From: a virus
Taxonomy: Duplodnaviria > Caudoviricetes
Strand: one strand, 5' to 3'
Virus record (IMG/VR): IMGVR_UViG_3300025723_000048
Span: 1 to 55,867 of that record
Length of the DNA: 55,867 nt
Both the position numbers and the translations under genes were made by a program. Position 1 is the stretch's first letter. Every line of letters begins with the position of its first letter. The notes beneath the pieces are model-generated. The model had not been told where the DNA came from. It saw nothing but the letters and a program-made list of their open reading frames with translations, and searched no databases. Below, one piece after another: positions 49,979 to 55,867 of the stretch.

Positions 49979-52786
49979 ATGTCTCTTTGCCCAAATAAGA
50001 ATTTACAGGAGTGGAAAGACCTTGTTGAAAAATATGGTCATAGTAGAGCCCATCAAGCTTTTTTTAGAAAAGGAGATGGTGGTATACCTACTATTGATGA
50101 AGCTAGTAAGTTATTAAATATAGAACCTGATGCACCTACTAAGGGGCAACAAGAGTGGAGAGACTATGTAGATAATATAGATGTAAACAAAAAGACTGCT
50201 TTTCAGCAAATAAATGAAAAGGTAAAGGGTAGGTTTGATGGTTTTAAAGAAACTGCTAAGAGGGCAGTTCAAACTATATTTCCTCAGGCATTTGAGAAAG
50301 GGTTTTACGCTACAATGTCTAAGATTATATTAAGGGAAAAATTTGGTGAGTCTTATATAAAGAATTGGAAGGCTGATAAGGAATCAGAAAGCGTAATGAA
50401 AGAATGGGATTCAAATTATAGCCATAAAGAAAGGTTAGCATTTTTAGATGCCATGGAGAATCCTGATGCAATAAGCCTTGAAAAAGAGCCTAGGCTAAAA
50501 CAACTTTCAGAATTATATAGAGATAGGCTAGATGCTGTCTACAAGACTATAGCAGGTATAAAAGATTTGCCATATATAGAAGATTACTTTCCTCACTTTT
50601 GGAAGAACCCTGAAAAGGCAAAAACTTTCTTTTCATCAATATCAGCTAAGAACCCATTACAAGGTAATAGAAGTTTTTTTAAGAAAAGATTTTTTGAAGA
50701 TATAAGAGCAGGATTAGATGCAGGACTTGAATTAGCAACAGATAACCCTGAGGAAATAGTTAGGTTGTCTGAAATGAATGCTACCAAGTTCAAGATGGCT
50801 AATGACATATTTGACTCATACAAAGAAAGCGGTATGCTAACATTTGTAAGGGGAAAAGAAAAACCACCTGAGGGATGGAAATTAGTTGATGATGCTTTGT
50901 TTAAAAGAATGACTCCATTTGTGGTAGAAGGAGAAGAAGGTCCACAAGCGGCTGTTTCTATGAGTGGATGGTATATGCCGGAAGATGCTTCTAGAATAGT
51001 AAACAACTATCTAAGTAGAGGTCTTAAGGATATGAAGGGTGTAAGGCACGTTTACGAAGGATTGATGTATTGGAATAATATTAAAAATATGTTTCAGTTA
51101 GCATTAAGTCCTTTCCATATATTTACTACTTCTATTAATGCCGGTCTTACCGATATATCTATGGGTGTTCAGAATATAACAACAGGTAAGACTAAGAACA
51201 TAGTTCAGGGTATAAGACAGATAGCAGAGGGTGGATTAATAATACCTTCTGTAATGAGAAACTTTGCAAAGGCAACTGCTATAAGAAAAGACGCATACTC
51301 AGGTAATGCTTCGGTAGAAGTACAAAGATTAGTAGAAGCTAATGGTAGGATAGATTCTGATAAAATGTGGATGACTAATGCAGGTTATCAGTTAAATAAA
51401 AATATTCAAAAGATTAAAGCAGATGGTTTACTTGGTGCTCCAATAGAAGTACCTATTGCTGTATGGAATGGATTGATGTCTACAGTAGAAGCTACAATGA
51501 TGCCTACTGTTAAGTTTGTAAGTGCAATGAAGGTAGGTGCTCATGCTAGGTCCGTAGAGAATGAATTATCATTAAGAGGACCATTATCTGATGTTGAAAT
51601 AAAAGATGTAGCTCAGAGGCATTGGGATAATATGGATGATAGGTTTGGCCAGGTTGTTTATGATAATATGTTTTGGCAAAAGACTATTAAAGATATTGCA
51701 TTTATGACTGTTCGTTCTTTTGGTTACACAGGTGGTACATTAAGAGCTTATAGAAAAGGTGTTACAGAAATTCCTGAAAGTTTAGGAAGATTAAAAGAAG
51801 GACAAGGTCTTTCTTCAAGCTCAGCTTGGTTATTAATGCTACCTGTTCAAGCTGCTATGTATGGAGCAGTATATCATTATATAGCAACAGGTAAAGCACC
51901 CGAAGAGTTTAATGATTATTTCCATCCTAAAGATGGTACTAAAAACTTAGACGGCTCTGATAGAAGAGTTGACTTATGGGGTTATTATAAAGATGCTAAT
52001 AACTGGATTCATAATCCATTTAAAACATTGATTAACAAGACTTCTCCTGCTGTAAATGAAATATCAGAAATATATAATAATAAAGATTTTTACGGTGCTA
52101 GTCTATATCAAGAAGATGATAACTTATTTCAAAAGGGTATAGATGTTTTAAAGTATGAATTTGGAACATTACAACCTTTTGGATTCAGAGAAAAACCAGG
52201 AGAAGAAGTTGGCAAGACTACTCAACAAAAAATAGAGTCTTTTATAGGTGTTCAGCCTTCTTCATCTAAATATCAAAGGACTGATGATGAAAATGTAGTA
52301 CAGGAATTGTTATCAGACCAAATGAAAAATATGAGAAAAAGTGCAGACTATTCTCCTGAGAAGAGTGCTTACAAGAAGATTATAATAGAGCAGCTAAGAG
52401 AAAAGCAAGCACTAGACCAAATACCTAAAGAAGAGAAGATTAAGGCAGGTATAATGGATAGTCAGGGTAATATAGTTCCTAAAGCTTTAAAAAGTATAAT
52501 GGGAGCATCTCACTTATCTAATATTGACAGAAGTTTTAAATACTTAGATGCTAAGAACCAACTTAAGGCAATAAGCAAAATGACTCCTGAGGGAGCTGCT
52601 GAGACTTTGTCTAATAGAAAAGTAGTTAAAAAGGTTAGAGAGTTTATTGATTTAAAGAGAGGAGCTCCTGAATTTTTTGAAAAGAACCCTGAATTAAAGA
52701 AAGCTTACGAACTAATAACTAAAAAGAAGTTTGACGAGACTGACGAGAGAGACCAAGCACAACAGGAAACTGAATCTAACCCATAG
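49979..52786 (+). CDS. Large internal virion / ejection protein
   Basis: 935 aa, helical; CPNKN..EWK.LV N-terminus, Y.PH motif. Confidence 0.65.
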   Translation: MSLCPNKNLQEWKDLVEKYGHSRAHQAFFRKGDGGIPTIDEASKLLNIEPDAPTKGQQEWRDYVDNIDVNKKTAFQQINEKVKGRFDGFKETAKRAVQTIFPQAFEKGFYATMSKIILREKFGESYIKNWKADKESESVMKEWDSNYSHKERLAFLDAMENPDAISLEKEPRLKQLSELYRDRLDAVYKTIAGIKDLPYIEDYFPHFWKNPEKAKTFFSSISAKNPLQGNRSFFKKRFFEDIRAGLDAGLELATDNPEEIVRLSEMNATKFKMANDIFDSYKESGMLTFVRGKEKPPEGWKLVDDALFKRMTPFVVEGEEGPQAAVSMSGWYMPEDASRIVNNYLSRGLKDMKGVRHVYEGLMYWNNIKNMFQLALSPFHIFTTSINAGLTDISMGVQNITTGKTKNIVQGIRQIAEGGLIIPSVMRNFAKATAIRKDAYSGNASVEVQRLVEANGRIDSDKMWMTNAGYQLNKNIQKIKADGLLGAPIEVPIAVWNGLMSTVEATMMPTVKFVSAMKVGAHARSVENELSLRGPLSDVEIKDVAQRHWDNMDDRFGQVVYDNMFWQKTIKDIAFMTVRSFGYTGGTLRAYRKGVTEIPESLGRLKEGQGLSSSSAWLLMLPVQAAMYGAVYHYIATGKAPEEFNDYFHPKDGTKNLDGSDRRVDLWGYYKDANNWIHNPFKTLINKTSPAVNEISEIYNNKDFYGASLYQEDDNLFQKGIDVLKYEFGTLQPFGFREKPGEEVGKTTQQKIESFIGVQPSSSKYQRTDDENVVQELLSDQMKNMRKSADYSPEKSAYKKIIIEQLREKQALDQIPKEEKIKAGIMDSQGNIVPKALKSIMGASHLSNIDRSFKYLDAKNQLKAISKMTPEGAAETLSNRKVVKKVREFIDLKRGAPEFFEKNPELKKAYELITKKKFDETDERDQAQQETESNP

Positions 52787-52822
52787 ACCGCAAAATTTTG
52801 TATATTTGTCAAAACAATAGTT

Positions 52823-53359
52823 ATGAGTTTTGTTGCACAATATACAGTTGCTCAAAGTGCTGATTCGACATCCTTGATTATTACAGATACTTCAAGTTAT
52901 GCTACAGAGGCTAAAAGTACATTCTCCTCTAGAAGGTTATATTTATATAAGATAGATGGTACTACTTACGTTCCTGTAGGTACATCTACTGTTTATATAG
53001 ACTTTAGCTTTGCTAGTTATCCTACGGACCAAATTACTATCACTGGTTTCACTCAGGATTTATCTTTAAGAATAGAGATGGATTTAGTAAGTACATCACC
53101 TCAAACAGGTAGTGTGTATACTGCTTCTAATGTAGTTTCAATGGTAGGTTACACGAATGCAGCTATTTACAATGCAGCTCAGATTGCTGCTACTAATCCT
53201 ATTAGAATATCGGATAAAGTGTTCTTTGATAGCTTAAGACAGTTACAGAGAGAAAAGGTTACTGCTCAGAATGCAGGAACTTATGGAGACCAATTTTCGG
53301 CTCAGGCAGCTTTAGACAGAGCTTACCAAATTATTTTACAGACTAATCTAAGATTCTAA
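52823..53359 (+). CDS. Putative tail or fibre-docking structural protein
   Basis: Ser/Thr-rich beta domain plus C-terminal helices; promoter box 52801-52808. Confidence 0.55.
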   Translation: MSFVAQYTVAQSADSTSLIITDTSSYATEAKSTFSSRRLYLYKIDGTTYVPVGTSTVYIDFSFASYPTDQITITGFTQDLSLRIEMDLVSTSPQTGSVYTASNVVSMVGYTNAAIYNAAQIAATNPIRISDKVFFDSLRQLQREKVTAQNAGTYGDQFSAQAALDRAYQIILQTNLRF

Positions 53360-53910
53360 TGTATAACAGCACTACGATAACATCAATACTTCAATACGCA
53401 GATATATCTATGTTTTTAGGTGCTGATGAATACGAGATAGAAAAATATTATAATTGGATTGACGAGACTGATAGGTTGGAGATGATTGATATTATTAAAG
53501 ATGTTATCAGATATTACCAACCATACTTAGGAGGTACAAGTCAGTTTGATAGGCTTGTTAACTATTTATACGCTCTTATAGGCAAGTGGATTGCTAGTGC
53601 AGAGGTTATATCAAATAATCCTCATGGCATCATTTCAGGGCAGCCGATAGCTCCTGTTAACCCTTCTACGGGTATAGGACAAGTTCAGGTAATAGTGGGA
53701 GGCACAGGTAGCCCTATCCCGGCAAACTCATACTCATATACAAGTACAGCTTTTATAGGTAAGACTATTATAGTTATAGTTGACGGAATTATTATACAAC
53801 AAAATTTACCATTACAATTTTCTTATACATTTAATTCAACTACCGGGACAATCTTATTTAACTCTCCATTGAATCAAAATCAAGTTGTAACGGTGGTATA
53901 TTTTGGATAA
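53359..53910 (+). CDS. Putative structural protein
   Basis: Helical N-terminus, small beta-sandwich C-terminus (YTFNSTTGTI.F...L...QVV.V.Y). Confidence 0.55.
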   Translation: MYNSTTITSILQYADISMFLGADEYEIEKYYNWIDETDRLEMIDIIKDVIRYYQPYLGGTSQFDRLVNYLYALIGKWIASAEVISNNPHGIISGQPIAPVNPSTGIGQVQVIVGGTGSPIPANSYSYTSTAFIGKTIIVIVDGIIIQQNLPLQFSYTFNSTTGTILFNSPLNQNQVVTVVYFG

Positions 53911-53912
53911 TT

Positions 53913-55867
53913 ATGAAAAGAATATATATTTTATTTGCATTTGTTATTAGCTTCTTCGTGTCTAATGCTCAGAACCCTGTTGGGTATCCTCAGCTATTTA
54001 ATGGTAAGTGGTATAGATACTCTCAGTATTTGGGAGTAGACTCTGCGTTACTTGTAAGTAGTAAAGATACTTCTTGGAATCCTAAGCAGCCATCTTTAGT
54101 ATTTTGGCAGAGGCCAGGTATAGATAGTTCTTTTTGGTTATTCAATGGTGTTAAGTGGAATAAGTTAAATCAGAATATAGACACATCAAAGATTAGTGCT
54201 AGTGTGAAGTATAGTGATACTGCTAGTATGTTAAACCCATACCTTAGAAAAATAGATACTACAGGTAAATGGTTAAGCTCAGGATGGCTACCTTCCTTAG
54301 TAAAATATAGTGATACTGCTTTAATGTTAGTACCATATGCTAAAACATATCAATTAGGGTCATACGTTAAATATTCGGATACAAGTTCAATGCTTAATCC
54401 TTATTTAAGAAAGATTGATACTACAGGTAAGTGGTTAAGTAGCGGTTGGTTGCCTTCATTGGTTAAATATTCTGATACTGCTTCAATGTTAAGTCCTTAT
54501 TATAGAACTGCAAATGCAAATGCTGCCTTAGCCTTAAAATTAAATATATCTGATACAAGCTCAATGCTTAGTGGTTATAAGACTTATTATCCTAGAAATG
54601 CGATTAGTGCCGGAACAGGAATAAGCTATAACCCAACTACAGGTGTTATAACAAACTCTAGCCCATCTACAGGTGGTACGGTTACGAGTGTGGCTACTAA
54701 TAACAATACAGGTATTACAGGTGGAACAATTACTACTTCGGGAACTCTTTCAATAGATACTACTATTATTTCTACTAGATTATGGCGACAAAAAGGTATA
54801 GATTCTGTGTCTGCTAATGTTAATTTAAAAGTTAATATTTCAGATACAGCTAATATGCTAGCCAATTATAGAAATGGAATTATTGCATTAAACGCTGATA
54901 CAGTATATCAAGCAGCCCAAATTGCAGCTAGGGTTAAATATACCGATACTGCTTCAATGCTTTCTCCTTATCAAAGAAGTTTAACTGCTGTAAAATATAG
55001 TGATACTGCTTCAATGTTGGCAAATTACCGTACAGGAATAATTGCTTTAAATGCAGATACAGTTTACCAAGCAGCCCAAATTGCTGCGAGAGTAAAGTAC
55101 ACAGATACAGCTTCAATGCTAAATAATTATCTTAATGGTATTATTTCTCTTAATGCCGATAGTAGTTATCAAGCAGGTCAGATTGCAGCAAGAGTTAAAT
55201 ACACAGATACATCTTCAATGTTAAGCCCTTATGCAAGAACTACAGCTTTAGGAAGTTATGTTAAATATACCGATACTGCTTCAATGCTTTCTCCTTATGG
55301 TCGGCTTAATTACATTAACACGCAACTTGCAACTAAAGTTAATTATACAGATACGGCTTCCATGCTTAGTCCATATTACAGGACTGCAACTGCTAATGCA
55401 GCTTTAGCTTTAAAAGTAAATTATACTGATACTGCTTCGATGCTTAATAATTATCTTAATGGTATTATTGCTCTTAATTCCGATACTATCTATCAAGCTG
55501 CTCAAATTGCTGCAAGAGTTAAGTATAGTGATACGGCTGCAATGTTAGCACCTTATACAAGGTCAGTAAGTGGCGGTTATTTGCCTTTAAGTGGGGGTAC
55601 TTTAACCGGTAATTTAAATGGGACTACTGCTAATTTTACAGGGTTTGTTTCAGCTAATGGATTTCAATCTGCAGTAACAGGGGTAGCAGGTGGTTCTACT
55701 ACTAATATGACAAGTTCATCATCACAGAATTGGTATATAACAAGTGGTGCGCCAACTACAACTACAATAGTATTACCCAATGCAACAACTATCGCAATAG
55801 GAAATACTTATCAATTTAACAATAATGCTACAGGTGGTTTAGCAATACAACAATATGGTGGGGGTGC
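53913..55867 (+). CDS. Signal-peptide-bearing, repeat-rich tail fibre protein (3'-truncated; absent from ORF track)
   Basis: ATG 53913, open to window end. Signal peptide MKRIYILFAFVISFFVSNA-Q; 14 [KN][YI][ST]DT[AS]xML repeats; fibre motifs AISAGTGISYNPTTGVI, GGTVTSVA, GGTITTSGTL, YLPLSGGTLTG. Confidence 0.88.
   Translation, partial: MKRIYILFAFVISFFVSNAQNPVGYPQLFNGKWYRYSQYLGVDSALLVSSKDTSWNPKQPSLVFWQRPGIDSSFWLFNGVKWNKLNQNIDTSKISASVKYSDTASMLNPYLRKIDTTGKWLSSGWLPSLVKYSDTALMLVPYAKTYQLGSYVKYSDTSSMLNPYLRKIDTTGKWLSSGWLPSLVKYSDTASMLSPYYRTANANAALALKLNISDTSSMLSGYKTYYPRNAISAGTGISYNPTTGVITNSSPSTGGTVTSVATNNNTGITGGTITTSGTLSIDTTIISTRLWRQKGIDSVSANVNLKVNISDTANMLANYRNGIIALNADTVYQAAQIAARVKYTDTASMLSPYQRSLTAVKYSDTASMLANYRTGIIALNADTVYQAAQIAARVKYTDTASMLNNYLNGIISLNADSSYQAGQIAARVKYTDTSSMLSPYARTTALGSYVKYTDTASMLSPYGRLNYINTQLATKVNYTDTASMLSPYYRTATANAALALKVNYTDTASMLNNYLNGIIALNSDTIYQAAQIAARVKYSDTAAMLAPYTRSVSGGYLPLSGGTLTGNLNGTTANFTGFVSANGFQSAVTGVAGGSTTNMTSSSSQNWYITSGAPTTTTIVLPNATTIAIGNTYQFNNNATGGLAIQQYGGG
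54205..55550 (+). repeat. Intragenic protein repeat array (VKY[ST]DTASML)
   Basis: 14 units conserved in amino acid sequence but with many synonymous differences. Confidence 0.9.

Noticed and set aside
54626-55116. Minus-strand ORFs 54626-54865 and 54934-55116
   Set aside because: Antisense shadows of the long + strand fibre ORF starting at 53913.

Overview
Near-complete, circularly permuted genome (~55.9 kb, AT-rich) of a tailed podovirus-type phage. A Bacteroidota host is inferred from ~14 TAnnTTTG sigma promoters, A-rich starts without Shine-Dalgarno, and signal peptides followed by Gln. Layout: (1) 1-5.8 kb, + strand: distal tail fibre with S74 chaperone, small secreted proteins, lysis cassette (holin candidates, u-spanin, GH73-like endolysin), DEDD exonuclease. 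(2) 5.8-25.8 kb, - strand: early genes (amidoligase, Ntn amidotransferase, C5-MTase-like), RecE/Erf recombination, primase-helicase, small-gene cassette array, structured non-coding region, TerL, GroEL-GroES. (3) 25.9-26.8 kb: non-coding divergence region with iteron-like repeats next to a RepL-like gene. (4) 26.8-55.9 kb, + strand: NinG, tandem GroES-like protein, TerS candidate, portal, scaffold, major capsid, ring/nozzle proteins, ejection proteins, a PurD-like ATP-grasp ligase and a 3'-open fibre gene missing from the ORF track. No DNA polymerase, RNA polymerase, integrase, tRNA or CRISPR array was recognised. Top finding: the fibre gene at 53913 has a Sec signal peptide, and all 26 Asp residues in my manual translation are followed by Ser/Thr, matching the Bacteroidota O-glycosylation sequon; this suggests a phage fibre that is exported and glycosylated by the host. 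Also notable: a five-copy 17-bp junction gene-cassette array, a kissing-loop structured RNA, an operator-like array and a three-component chaperonin set. Family calls come from motif recognition, not database searches.
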